Counted from the stretch's first letter, positions 11,062 through 22,042 are shown. The stretch is 64,000 nucleotides of DNA from Cyanobacteriota bacterium (GCA_046052125.1 JBJOMY010000007.1:16448-80447), one strand, 5' to 3'. The notes: generated by a model not told the origin, from the letters alone. Translations and numbers: made by a program.

Positions 11062-12406
11062 CGCCCCAGGCCACGGTTCCGGCAATCGCCGGGGGCGTCC
11101 CCGCGCCATTCGGCGGCTGGAGATCTGGTATCGCCGCAATGCGGCGGTGACCAGCTTGGTGGGCACAGCAACGGCAACGGCCAATGCAGCAGCCACAGCC
11201 GCCAATGCGGCGGGATCCGTGGCGGGATCGGCGGCCGGTGCAGCCGCTGGCGCTGCGGCCGGGGCGGCCAACATGGTGCTGCAGCCGCTGGTGTTCGATC
11301 CCCTGCGCCGGCTGCAACGGGGTGTGGGAGGTAGCGAAGGAACGCCGATCAACGACGCCGAGCGGCTCTGGGTGGCCGTGGATGGCATGGGCGGCGACTA
11401 CGCCCCGGGGCCAATCCTCGAGGGCTGTCTGCGGGCGGTGCGCCTGCTGCCTTTGCGGGTGAAGTTTGTGGCCGAGGCCAGCGCGGTGGAAGCGGCGGTG
11501 GCCGAGTTGAACCTCACGGAGGAGCTCGAGGCCGCCCAACAGGAAGGCCTGCTGGAGCTGGTGCCCAGCGGCGTGTCGGTGGGCATGGATGAAGAAGCCA
11601 CCGTGGTGCGCAAAAAGCGCGACGCCAGCATCAACCTGGCCATGGATCTGGTGAAGGCGGGCGAGGCCACCGCCGTGTATTCAGCCGGCAACTCCGGGGC
11701 GGTGATGGCATCAGCGATCTTCCGCTTGGGTCGCCTCAAGGGGATCGATCGCCCCGCCATTGGAGCTCTCTTTCCCACCAAGGACCCCGAGCAGCAGGTG
11801 CTGGTGCTGGATGTGGGCGCCAACATGGATGCCAAGCCCGCCTACCTGCACCAGTGGGCCCTGCTGGGCAACATCTACAGCCGCGATGTGCTTCAGGTGG
11901 CAAAGCCCCGCGTTGGCCTACTCAACATCGGCGAAGAGGAGTGCAAGGGCAACGACCTAGCCCTGCGCACCTATCCCCTGATGGCGGAAGAAACGCGCTT
12001 CACCTTCGCCGGGAACTGCGAAGGCCGCGATGTGCTCTCCGGTGAATTCGATGTGGTGGTGTGCGACGGCTTCACCGGCAACGTGCTGCTGAAGTTCCTG
12101 GAGAGCGTGGGCAGCGTGCTGCTGGATGTGCTCAAGGCCGAGCTACCCCGGGGCCGCCGCGGCAAGGTGGGCTCCGCCTTCTTGATGAGCAACCTGCGCC
12201 GCATCAAGAAGCGCCTCGACCACGCGGAACACGGCGGTGCACTGCTGCTGGGCGTGAACGGCGTGTGCGTGATCGGCCATGGCAGCAGCAAGGCCCTCTC
12301 AGTGGTGAGCGCATTGCGCATCGCCCACTCCGCCGCCAACCACGGGGTGATGGATGACCTGCAGCAGCTGAGCAGCGGCGCCGAGGCCGCCATTGCCTGT
12401 GGTTGA
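11042..12406 (+). CDS. plsX: Phosphate acyltransferase PlsX with Ala-rich N-terminal extension
   Basis: VAVDGMGGDYAP, SAGNSGA, IDRPAI, DVGAN, VVCDGFTGN, IGHGSS; start codon uncertain. Confidence 0.94.
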   Translation: MPPKPSDAPGHGSGNRRGRPRAIRRLEIWYRRNAAVTSLVGTATATANAAATAANAAGSVAGSAAGAAAGAAAGAANMVLQPLVFDPLRRLQRGVGGSEGTPINDAERLWVAVDGMGGDYAPGPILEGCLRAVRLLPLRVKFVAEASAVEAAVAELNLTEELEAAQQEGLLELVPSGVSVGMDEEATVVRKKRDASINLAMDLVKAGEATAVYSAGNSGAVMASAIFRLGRLKGIDRPAIGALFPTKDPEQQVLVLDVGANMDAKPAYLHQWALLGNIYSRDVLQVAKPRVGLLNIGEEECKGNDLALRTYPLMAEETRFTFAGNCEGRDVLSGEFDVVVCDGFTGNVLLKFLESVGSVLLDVLKAELPRGRRGKVGSAFLMSNLRRIKKRLDHAEHGGALLLGVNGVCVIGHGSSKALSVVSALRIAHSAANHGVMDDLQQLSSGAEAAIACG

Positions 12407-12431
12407 CTGAGCCCACCGTTGGGTTGAACGG

Positions 12432-13466
12432 GTGGGGCTCGGCCAGACAAGCAGCATCGGCCACCCGATCGGGATGGCCCTGGTGGGCTGCGGCAGTGCC
12501 GTGCCGGCGATCAGCGTCAGCAACCAACAGCTGAGCGAGCGGGTCGACACCAGCGACGAATGGATCCGCACGCGGACAGGGATCGGCGCACGCCGCATCT
12601 GTGCCGCCGATGAACCCCTCACCGTGCTGGCCAGCCGCGCCGCCCAGGCCGCCCTCGACCACGCCGGCTGGGCCGCCGAGGATCTGGACCTGATCCTGAT
12701 GGCCACCTCCAGCCCCGACGATCTCTTCGGCACGGCACCGCGGGTGCAAGGCGCCATCGGGGCTCGCAACGCTGTGGCCTTCGACCTCACCGCGGCCTGC
12801 AGCGGTTTTCTGTTTGCCCTGATCACCGCGGGGCAATACCTGCGCAGCGGTGCCATGCGCCGCGCCCTCGTGATCGGCGCCGATCAACTGAGCCGCTGGG
12901 TGGACTGGGACGACCGCACCACCTGTGTGCTGTTCGGCGATGGTGCCGCCGCGGTGGCGGTGGAAGCCTGCCCGGATGAGCAGAACGGCCTGCTGGGCTT
13001 CCGCATGCACTCCGATGGCAGCCGCAACGGCTGTCTCACCCTGGCCCAGACCGACAGCCATACCGATGTGTTGGGGGGCGTGAGCGCCCAGGTGGGCGGT
13101 TTCGCCCCGCTGCGCATGAACGGCCAAGAGGTGTACAAATTCGCCGTGCGCGAGGTGCCGGCCGTACTCAAAGAACTGCTCGAGAGCACGGGAACGCCCG
13201 CCTCGGATCTCAACTGGCTGCTGCTGCACCAGGCCAACCAGCGCATCCTTGATGCCGTGGCCGATCGCTTCGCGATTCCCCATGAGCGGGTGCTCAGCAA
13301 CCTGGCCAGCTACGGCAATACCTCCGCCGCCACCATCCCGCTGATGCTCGATGAAGCGGTGAAGGATGGCCGCGTTAAAGCGGGTGATCTGATCGCCAGC
13401 AGCGGCTTCGGCGCCGGCCTCAGTTGGGGTGGGGCGCTGCTGCGCTGGGCCGGACCTCAGGGCTGA
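12432..13466 (+). CDS. fabH: 3-oxoacyl-ACP synthase III
   Basis: TSDEWIRTRTGI, AACSGF, HQANQRI, YGNTSAA, GFGAGLSWG; alternative ATG at 12474. Confidence 0.96.
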   Translation: MGLGQTSSIGHPIGMALVGCGSAVPAISVSNQQLSERVDTSDEWIRTRTGIGARRICAADEPLTVLASRAAQAALDHAGWAAEDLDLILMATSSPDDLFGTAPRVQGAIGARNAVAFDLTAACSGFLFALITAGQYLRSGAMRRALVIGADQLSRWVDWDDRTTCVLFGDGAAAVAVEACPDEQNGLLGFRMHSDGSRNGCLTLAQTDSHTDVLGGVSAQVGGFAPLRMNGQEVYKFAVREVPAVLKELLESTGTPASDLNWLLLHQANQRILDAVADRFAIPHERVLSNLASYGNTSAATIPLMLDEAVKDGRVKAGDLIASSGFGAGLSWGGALLRWAGPQG

Positions 13467-13528
13467 CCTGCGGGCTGGCTTAGCTCCCGCCGCGTAATGT
13501 CCCCCCCGACAGTGCAACGCGAGCGGCC

Positions 13529-14419
13529 ATGGGTATCGCCTGGGTGTTTCCCGGACAGGGCTCACAAAAGCTGGGCATAGCAGCCGGCGTGCTCGAGCTT
13601 CCCGGCGCGAAGGAGCGCTTCGCCGCTGCCTCCGAGCTGCTGGGCCGCGACCTGCTGGCCATCTGCGCTGGCGAAGCAGCCGGTGAACTGAGCGATCTCA
13701 ACGACACCCGCAACACCCAGCCGGCCCTGTTCGTGATCGAAAGCCTGCTGGTGGATGGCCTGCGCGCCCAGGGACGCCAGGCGGATCGGGTGGCAGGCCA
13801 CAGCCTCGGCGAGTTGGTGGCGCTCTATGCCGCCGGTGTGTTCGACGTGGAGACGGGTTTAAAGCTGATGAAGACCCGCAGCGAGCTGATGGCAGCCGCC
13901 GGTGGTGGCGCCATGACCGCTGTGATGGGATTTGATCGCGGCGAACTCGATCAATTGGTGGCTGCCACCGACGGCGTGGTGATCGCCAACGACAACAGCA
14001 GCGCCCAGGTGGTGCTCTCGGGCTCACCCGAGGCTGTGGCCACCGTGAGCGGTGCCCTCAAGTGCAAACGAGCCATCCCCCTGGCCGTGAGCGGCGCCTT
14101 CCACTCTCCGTTCATGCAGCAGGCCGCTGAAGCCTTTGCTGCTGAGCTGGAGGCCGTGCCCTTTGCCGATGCCAGCATCCCCGTGCAGAGCAACACCGAT
14201 CCGAGCCCCGAAACCAGCGGTGCGGCCCTGAAGGCCCGGCTGAAAAGCCAGATGACCACCGGCGTGCGCTGGCGCGAAACCATGGAGCGCTTCAGCAGCG
14301 ACAGCATCGACACCGCCGTGGAGATCGGCCCGGGCAACGTGCTCAGCGGCCTGATCAAGCGCAGCTGCGAGGGAATCACCACCGCCCAGATCAGCAGCGC
14401 CGCCGATCTCGGCCTGTGA
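13529..14419 (+). CDS. fabD: Malonyl-CoA-ACP transacylase
   Basis: FPGQGSQ, TQPAL, GHSLGE, VSGAFHS, EIGPG. Confidence 0.97.
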   Translation: MGIAWVFPGQGSQKLGIAAGVLELPGAKERFAAASELLGRDLLAICAGEAAGELSDLNDTRNTQPALFVIESLLVDGLRAQGRQADRVAGHSLGELVALYAAGVFDVETGLKLMKTRSELMAAAGGGAMTAVMGFDRGELDQLVAATDGVVIANDNSSAQVVLSGSPEAVATVSGALKCKRAIPLAVSGAFHSPFMQQAAEAFAAELEAVPFADASIPVQSNTDPSPETSGAALKARLKSQMTTGVRWRETMERFSSDSIDTAVEIGPGNVLSGLIKRSCEGITTAQISSAADLGL

Positions 14420-15171
14420 ACAAGCCCGTGCAGGCGATGAAACGGGCCCTGCGGCGGCGCCGCAAACCGGCTGAGCCACCGGCGCTGCTGCGCACACCGC
14501 GCCCGAGCCTCACCTACCGGCTGGTGAGCTACCTGCTGGTGTTCCCGATCTACCGGCTGCTCTTCCGCGGCCGCACCGCCGGCAACGCCAACGTGCCCCA
14601 AGAGGGTGCCCTGGTGGTGGTGGCCAACCACGGATCCCACCTCGATCCCCCACTTCTGGGTCACGCTCTGGGCCGCCCGGTGGCCTTCATGGCCAAGGCG
14701 GAACTGTTTCGAATCCCCGTGCTCGGGCCGATCATCCGCGCCTGCGGCGCCTACCCCGTGGCCCGCGGCGCCAGCGATCGAGAAGCGATCCGCACCGCCA
14801 CCGACCGGCTCGAGCAGGGCTGGGCCACCGGCGTGTTCATTGATGGCACCCGCCAGGCCGATGGCCGGGTGAACAACCCCCAGCCGGGCGCCGCCCTATT
14901 GGCAGCCCGCGCCGGGGTGCCGCTGCTGCCCGTGGCGATCATCAACAGCCACCGAGCCCTCGGCACCGGATCCAAACAGCCGCGGCTGGTGCCTGTGCAC
15001 ATCCGCATCGGCACGCCCATCCCGCCACCGGCCTCCCGCAAACGGGCCGACCTCGATGCCGCCACCGCGGCCTGCCAGGCCCAGATCAACGCCCTGCTGG
15101 AGCAGGGACTGATCAGCGGCCCGGCGCTTGCTCCAGCAGCGGAGCGAACCGCGCTGCCGCCCAGCTCCTGA
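14416..15171 (+). CDS. plsC: 1-acyl-sn-glycerol-3-phosphate acyltransferase
   Basis: NHGSHLD, FMAKAELF, FIDGTR motifs. Confidence 0.9.
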   Translation: MNKPVQAMKRALRRRRKPAEPPALLRTPRPSLTYRLVSYLLVFPIYRLLFRGRTAGNANVPQEGALVVVANHGSHLDPPLLGHALGRPVAFMAKAELFRIPVLGPIIRACGAYPVARGASDREAIRTATDRLEQGWATGVFIDGTRQADGRVNNPQPGAALLAARAGVPLLPVAIINSHRALGTGSKQPRLVPVHIRIGTPIPPPASRKRADLDAATAACQAQINALLEQGLISGPALAPAAERTALPPSS

Positions 15172-15787
15172 GATCACGGCCCGTGAGCACCCAAAGGGCG
15201 GCCCGGGCGCCATCGCCCCAGATCTTGCGCCAACCCTCCGGCTGACAGCGCTCACCGCAAGTCACGGCCACAGGCGTGAGGCCGATGCCGCGGCTGCCTG
15301 CCACCAGCCGCCCCACGAGCATCGCCCGCTCCATGTGGTCGCTGCTCGTCACCAAGAGCACATGGCGCACCTTGGCGCGCTTGAGCTCGTCCACGATCGA
15401 GGTGAAGTTGGTGAGCGTGTCGGTGGCGCGGTAATCGAGCTGAACCCTTCCGGCATCAAGGCCCTGGCGGCCGAACAGCCAGTGGGCATATTCGGGATTG
15501 CTGCCTCCGCTCACCAGCACCGGCAAGCCGTCGCGGCGAGCCAGCTCGCCGGCCACGCGCTCGCGCTCCACATCACCGCCGAGCACCAGGATCATTTGAG
15601 GCGGCGGCAACGGGGGCTGCCAGAGCCCCCGCGACAGCACCACCAGACCACCGGCCGCCAAGAGCGCCAGCAACCAGCGGCCCCGGCTGGGCCGCCGGCG
15701 CGGCGAACGCGTCTTGGGGCGCGGGCGCCGGCGAGGCGTCTGGCGCTGAGTGGGAACCGAGCGGCGGCGGACCGGCTCAGCCATCAC
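15113..15787 (-). CDS. YdcF/ElyC (DUF218) family protein
   Basis: N-terminal TM helix, ILVLGG, VSGG, ATDTLTNF, LVTSSDHMERA. Confidence 0.85.
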   Translation of the reverse strand: MMAEPVRRRSVPTQRQTPRRRPRPKTRSPRRRPSRGRWLLALLAAGGLVVLSRGLWQPPLPPPQMILVLGGDVERERVAGELARRDGLPVLVSGGSNPEYAHWLFGRQGLDAGRVQLDYRATDTLTNFTSIVDELKRAKVRHVLLVTSSDHMERAMLVGRLVAGSRGIGLTPVAVTCGERCQPEGWRKIWGDGARAALWVLTGRDLRSWAAARFAPLLEQAPGR

Positions 15788-16425
15788 AAGCCCTCCACCG
15801 GACTAGTGGGGTAGAGGGGAAGCACCGGTGCCCAGGGGCCTTCCAGCCCCGCCGCATGGGCCAATTGCCCAAGCTCGAGCAGCTGCAGGGCGTCAGCCTC
15901 AGGATCCACCAGCGCTGCTTCCCTGGGATCGCTGCCACCCCAGGCTTCTTGGGCGGGGATCAGCCTGGGCTGCTCCAGCTCTGCAACACCGCCTAACGCG
16001 CGGGGATCGACGCCGTAACAACCCACCACGCTGCCGCGCCGGGGCAGCACCTGCTCGAGCCAGATCCGCTCACAGCCGGCCATGGCGGCGCCGGGTGCCA
16101 CCAGCCGCCGCGCCATCAACAAAAAGCTGCTGAAGCCATGCAGAGGAATCTGCAGCTGCTGCGCCAGGGTGCGGGCGAACACCACCGTGAGCCGGGTGCC
16201 GGTGAAACCACCCGGGCCAGTCGCCACCACCAAACGCCCGATCTGCGGCCAGTGCTCGGCGGGCAGCAGCTGTTCCACGCAGGGGAGCAGTTCATTGGAC
16301 AGGCGGCGGCCCAAAAGGAAACTCGCCACCTGAGCAGACGCGCCAGACGGGCCAAGGGGCTGCAGAGCCACGCCAAGGGTCTCGCTCGAGCTGTGCAGAG
16401 CCAGCAACAGGGGCTCAGCACTCAT
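15784..16425 (-). CDS. tsaB: tRNA t6A biosynthesis protein TsaB
   Basis: LLALHSSSE, VATGPGGFTGTR, LPLYP. Confidence 0.9.
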   Translation of the reverse strand: MSAEPLLLALHSSSETLGVALQPLGPSGASAQVASFLLGRRLSNELLPCVEQLLPAEHWPQIGRLVVATGPGGFTGTRLTVVFARTLAQQLQIPLHGFSSFLLMARRLVAPGAAMAGCERIWLEQVLPRRGSVVGCYGVDPRALGGVAELEQPRLIPAQEAWGGSDPREAALVDPEADALQLLELGQLAHAAGLEGPWAPVLPLYPTSPVEGL

Positions 16426-16673
16426 GTGGGCACCACCTGATCAGGGCAGAGCCGCTGCCAGCGGCCGCGATCGAGGGCAAAACTGCCGCAGCTGCGTACA
16501 TCCCACTCCACGCCCACCTGATCACCAGGCAGATCGAGCACCTGCACATGAATCCTGGGCTGCTCGGGCACGAAGACGGGGGCATCGCTGAGATGGGGCA
16601 CCCCATGCTGACGCTCCACCGCGTGGTAGGCCTGGCACTGGTCGACCCAGCGGCAATCCACGCAGATGCACAT
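16422..16673 (-). CDS. ycf34: Ycf34 family small Fe-S protein
   Basis: MCICVDCRWVDQCQAYHAVERQH...EWDVRSCGSF; real start is inside the longer ORF at 16673. Confidence 0.9.
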   Translation of the reverse strand: MCICVDCRWVDQCQAYHAVERQHGVPHLSDAPVFVPEQPRIHVQVLDLPGDQVGVEWDVRSCGSFALDRGRWQRLCPDQVVPT

Positions 16674-17964
16674 GCCCGGCGCCGCAGCGGAAAGGGCCAT
16701 TGTGACCCCTGCTCTGGCAGCGCAACTGGCCTGGCAGCGGCTGCAGCCCGAAGGCTGGCCCCTGCCCCGCCAGGCCTTTCCCGAGGGGTCCGCATTGGTG
16801 GGTGGAGCCGTGCGGGATGCGCTCCTGAATCGCCTGGGCCCAGCTCCTGATCTGGATCTGGTGGTGGAGGGTGATGCCATCGCGCTCTGCCGCCAGCTCA
16901 GCCGCCGCCATGGGGGCACGGCCGTGGTGCTGGATGGCGAACGCTCGATCGCTCGGCTGGTGATCCAAGGCTGGAGCGTGGATGTGGCCCGCCGGGAAGG
17001 CACGAGCTTGGAAGCCGATCTGCATCGGCGCGATTACACGGTCAACGCCATGGCCCTGCCGCTGGCGGAACCCTCTCAGCTGGTGGATCCCCTTCAGGGC
17101 CTTACGCATCTCGGCCAGGGCGTGCTGGTGGCTGTGGCAGAGCGCAACCTGCTGGACGACCCGCTGCGGCTGCTGCGGGGCTTGAGGCTGGCGTCCGAAC
17201 TCGGCTTTGAGCTCGATTCCCAGACACTGAGCTGGGTGGAACAGCACCACCAGACCATGGCAACAGTGGCGGGAGAGCGGGTGCTGGCGGAGCTGGAGAA
17301 ACTGGCGGCGGCCCCCAGCGGCGAACAGGAGCTGGCGTTGTGTCTGCACCTGGGCCTGCTCAACCCATGGCGCCAAACCATTGCTGCCCAGGAGGAAGAC
17401 ACCGGCGCCACCCTGCTCAGCCGCTGCAGTGAACCTTCAGCCCTAGCGCTGGGGCTGAGCCAGGCCGAACAGGCCCAGGCGCTGCCGCTGGCTCGCCTGG
17501 CAGCCGCCCTCGATGGGCCCTCGCTGCAGCACTTGCGCAGCAGCCGCAAACTGCAGCAGCGGCTGAACGTGCTGCGGCGCTGGCAGCAACAGCTGGGAGC
17601 CACCGTCCCCTGGACAGCGGCCGAAGCATTGCCAGAGGGCGAACGACTCCAACTGCACCGCGAGCTGGAAGCGGATCTGCCGGCGCTGCTGCTGGGCTGG
17701 CCTGAGACAGTCGCTCAGCCCTGGCTGGAGCGTTGGCGCCACAGCGACGACCCGCTCTTTCACCCGAGGCCTGCAATCGATGGCAGCAGCCTGCAGCGGG
17801 AGCTGGGGATCCCGGCCTCACCCGCCCTGGGCCAGCTGCTCCTGCATCTGATGCAGGAGCAAGCGTTTGGTCGCCTGCAAGGCCGCAGCGATGCACTGCA
17901 GATCGCCAGAAATTGGCTCAGATCAACTGAGCGCTGTAGCGAAAGGGCACCGCGGCGTGATTAA
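16672..17964 (+). CDS. Class II tRNA nucleotidyltransferase (likely CC-adding)
   Basis: VGGAVRD, DLD, RRDYTVNAMA, DDPLRLLR, ERVLAEL; start uncertain. Confidence 0.88.
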   Translation: MPGAAAERAIVTPALAAQLAWQRLQPEGWPLPRQAFPEGSALVGGAVRDALLNRLGPAPDLDLVVEGDAIALCRQLSRRHGGTAVVLDGERSIARLVIQGWSVDVARREGTSLEADLHRRDYTVNAMALPLAEPSQLVDPLQGLTHLGQGVLVAVAERNLLDDPLRLLRGLRLASELGFELDSQTLSWVEQHHQTMATVAGERVLAELEKLAAAPSGEQELALCLHLGLLNPWRQTIAAQEEDTGATLLSRCSEPSALALGLSQAEQAQALPLARLAAALDGPSLQHLRSSRKLQQRLNVLRRWQQQLGATVPWTAAEALPEGERLQLHRELEADLPALLLGWPETVAQPWLERWRHSDDPLFHPRPAIDGSSLQRELGIPASPALGQLLLHLMQEQAFGRLQGRSDALQIARNWLRSTERCSERAPRRD

Positions 17965-18168
17965 CTTCCTACGCAAAGGCGTTTAAGACGACCTGATTCG
18001 CGCCAGTTCGGACGCTGAGATCTCGCCAGTTCGGTTAACAGCCTTGAAACGCTCTTCCCTAGTACTGCAATCGCAGTGCTCTGTTGAAGTGCAGGCTTCG
18101 GCCAACTGCGTGATTGCCGCCCGATAGGCCAGAACACGTTTTTCCATCTCTTCCCTCTCCCTTTTCCC

Positions 18169-18597
18169 ATGAGCGTTCGTTTGTACGTTGGCAACCTGCC
18201 CCAGAGCTTTGATGCCAAAGAGCTCGACGCTCTGTTCACCAGCGTGGGTGAGGGCATCCGTTTCAAGGCGGTGCAAGACCGTGAGACCGGCGCTGGCCGC
18301 GGTTTCGGCTTCGCCAACGTGGACGACGAGAAAGTGGCTGATGCTGTGATCGAGCAGCTCAACGGCCGTGAGTTCGGCGGCAACGCGCTGCGCATCGAAC
18401 GCTCCGAGCGCCGCGATGAGCGCCGCGGCAACGATCGCCGTCCCGGCGGTGCACCGGGCACCCCGGCTGTAGCCCGCAAGGCTGTCAACAAGGTGGTGCA
18501 CCGCGACACCGTTGAGGAAGGCGCACCCGATCCCCGCTGGGCCGGCGAACTGGCCAAGCTCAAGGGCCTGCTCGACAACCAAAAGGCGGCGGTTTGA
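18169..18597 (+). CDS. rbp: RRM RNA-binding protein (Rbp family)
   Basis: RNP2 LYVGNL, RNP1 RGFGF, C-terminal PDPRWAGELAKLK. Confidence 0.92.
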   Translation: MSVRLYVGNLPQSFDAKELDALFTSVGEGIRFKAVQDRETGAGRGFGFANVDDEKVADAVIEQLNGREFGGNALRIERSERRDERRGNDRRPGGAPGTPAVARKAVNKVVHRDTVEEGAPDPRWAGELAKLKGLLDNQKAAV

Positions 18598-18604
18598 AGC
18601 AGTG

Positions 18605-19540
18605 ATGCAGGAGCTGTGCTGGACCTGGCGCGGCTTCAGCATCAGCTACTGCCACATCAATGCAATGGCCAACGGCTCTCCTTCTGGGAGGGCCGTTCTT
18701 TGTATCCATGGGTTCGGAGCCTCCAAAGGGCACTGGCGCCACAACCTGGGGCCGCTATCGCAGGACACATCGGTTTATGCAATTGATCTGCTGGGCTTTG
18801 GTCACAGCAGCAAACCGATCTCCTGCCTCAGCGGTGAAGCCGAGATCCCTGGAGGTGTGCGCTACTGCTTTGATCTATGGGCCGAGCAGATCCGGGATTT
18901 CTGCATCGACGTGATCGGCATCGATGCCAAGTGCGAGCTGCAGCTGATTGGTAATTCCATCGGCGGCGTGGTGGCCCTCAACGCCACCCGCCTGCTGGAA
19001 ACCAGCGGCCACGCTCCCAAGCAAGTGATTTTGATCGACTGCGCCCAACGGGAACTCGATCTCAAACGCCTGAACGAGCAGCCCTGGGCAGCTCAGATCG
19101 GCAGGCCCCTGCTGATGGCCGTGGTGCGCCAACGCTGGCTGATCCGCAGCCTCTTTCAGATCCTCGCGCGGCGCCCATTTGTGCGCAGCGTGCTCAAACA
19201 GGCCTACCCCAGCGGACAGAACGTTGATGACGAGCTGGTGGACCTGTTGGTGGGTCCCAGCCGAGAGCCTGGCGCCACCGAGAGCTTCCGGGGCTTCGTG
19301 AATCTGTTTGATGACTGGCTGGCCCCGCAACTGCTGGCCCAGATCCAGACACCTGTTCGTTTGTTGTGGGGCGAAGCGGATCCGTGGGAGCCAGCGCCAG
19401 AAGCCCGGCGCTGGGCCCAAAACTACAGCTGCATCCAGGAGCTGCAAGTACTCCCAGGGCTGGGCCATTGCCCCCACGACGAAGGCCCTGAGCAGGTGAA
19501 CCCAATCCTGCTGGCGTGGCTCCAGCTGGCTTGGAGCTGA
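18605..19540 (+). CDS. Alpha/beta-fold hydrolase (pheophytinase/CLD-like clade)
   Basis: IHGFGAS, DLLGFGHS, GNSIG nucleophile elbow, WGEADPW, GHCPHDE. Confidence 0.88.
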   Translation: MQELCWTWRGFSISYCHINAMANGSPSGRAVLCIHGFGASKGHWRHNLGPLSQDTSVYAIDLLGFGHSSKPISCLSGEAEIPGGVRYCFDLWAEQIRDFCIDVIGIDAKCELQLIGNSIGGVVALNATRLLETSGHAPKQVILIDCAQRELDLKRLNEQPWAAQIGRPLLMAVVRQRWLIRSLFQILARRPFVRSVLKQAYPSGQNVDDELVDLLVGPSREPGATESFRGFVNLFDDWLAPQLLAQIQTPVRLLWGEADPWEPAPEARRWAQNYSCIQELQVLPGLGHCPHDEGPEQVNPILLAWLQLAWS

Positions 19541-19561
19541 TCAAGCAGGTTGGCGCCTAAG

Positions 19562-20488
19562 TCAGCGGGCCTGAGCGATCACAAACGAGCGCGGCAAATC
19601 GAGAAACTTGCCGGATGTGGGCACATAGGCGCGGTTGTTGAACACGTCGTAATCGAGTTCTTCGATTACATCCAGGATGCCCCGATACAGCCGCAGCGAT
19701 GCCCACACAGGCCAGCGGGCATCGGGCGCAAGCCAGCGCACACCCGCTTCTGAGCGGGCAAACCACTCGCGGGCGCGGGCCACTTGGAAACGCATCAATT
19801 CGCGCCAGCTGTCATTGAGCGTGCCGGCCAGCAGCTCCCCTTCGCTGTAGCCGAAACGGGCAAGATCTTCCTGGGGGAGATAGATGCGGCCGCGGCCGCG
19901 ATCTTCGCCCACATCGCGCAGGATGTTGGTGAGCTGATTGGCGATGCCAAGGGCCACGGCCGCTTCGCTGGTGTCGGGCGGATCACTCCAAGGGGCTGAG
20001 GTGTAAGCCGGATCGATCCCCATCACTTCCTGCGTCATCAGGCCAACCGTGCCGGCCACGCGGTAGCAGTAGAGCTCGAGCTGAGCGAAGTCGGCATAGC
20101 GATGGGTATGGAGATCCATGCGCATGCCCTCGATCATGTCGAGGTAGGGCTGAAGCGGCTGGGGATAGCGCTCGAGCGTGTCAAGCATCACCCGATCAAG
20201 ACCATCGCGCACCTTGCCTGCAAACAGCTCACGGGTGCGCTCTTCCCAGGCATCCAACCGCGCCGCCAACTCATCCACCGGTCTGGCCTGGGCCTCCGGG
20301 CTGTCCATCAGCTCATCGGTGCGGCGACACCACACGTAGATGGCCCAGATGGCGCGGCGCTTGGCCGGCGGCATCAGCAGGGTGCCGAGATAAAAGGTTT
20401 TGGCCCATTCCGCCGTTTCCCGGCGACAAGCCTCGTAGGCCTCCTCAAGGGAGGGCAGCGAGGTGGGCGAGGAAGGGGCTGCAACCAC
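19562..20488 (-). CDS. crtB: Phytoene synthase
   Basis: AKTFYLGT, WCRRTDELMD, YCYRVAGTVG, NQLTNILRDVGED, GRIYLP. Confidence 0.97.
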   Translation of the reverse strand: MVAAPSSPTSLPSLEEAYEACRRETAEWAKTFYLGTLLMPPAKRRAIWAIYVWCRRTDELMDSPEAQARPVDELAARLDAWEERTRELFAGKVRDGLDRVMLDTLERYPQPLQPYLDMIEGMRMDLHTHRYADFAQLELYCYRVAGTVGLMTQEVMGIDPAYTSAPWSDPPDTSEAAVALGIANQLTNILRDVGEDRGRGRIYLPQEDLARFGYSEGELLAGTLNDSWRELMRFQVARAREWFARSEAGVRWLAPDARWPVWASLRLYRGILDVIEELDYDVFNNRAYVPTSGKFLDLPRSFVIAQAR

Positions 20489-20493
20489 AGGCT

Positions 20494-21984
<1,491 letters not shown>

Positions 21985-22042
21985 CTAAAGTCATGCAAGC
22001 CGGCCATTGGGTCTGCCGGCCTGTGCTGCCCTCCGCTCCACC

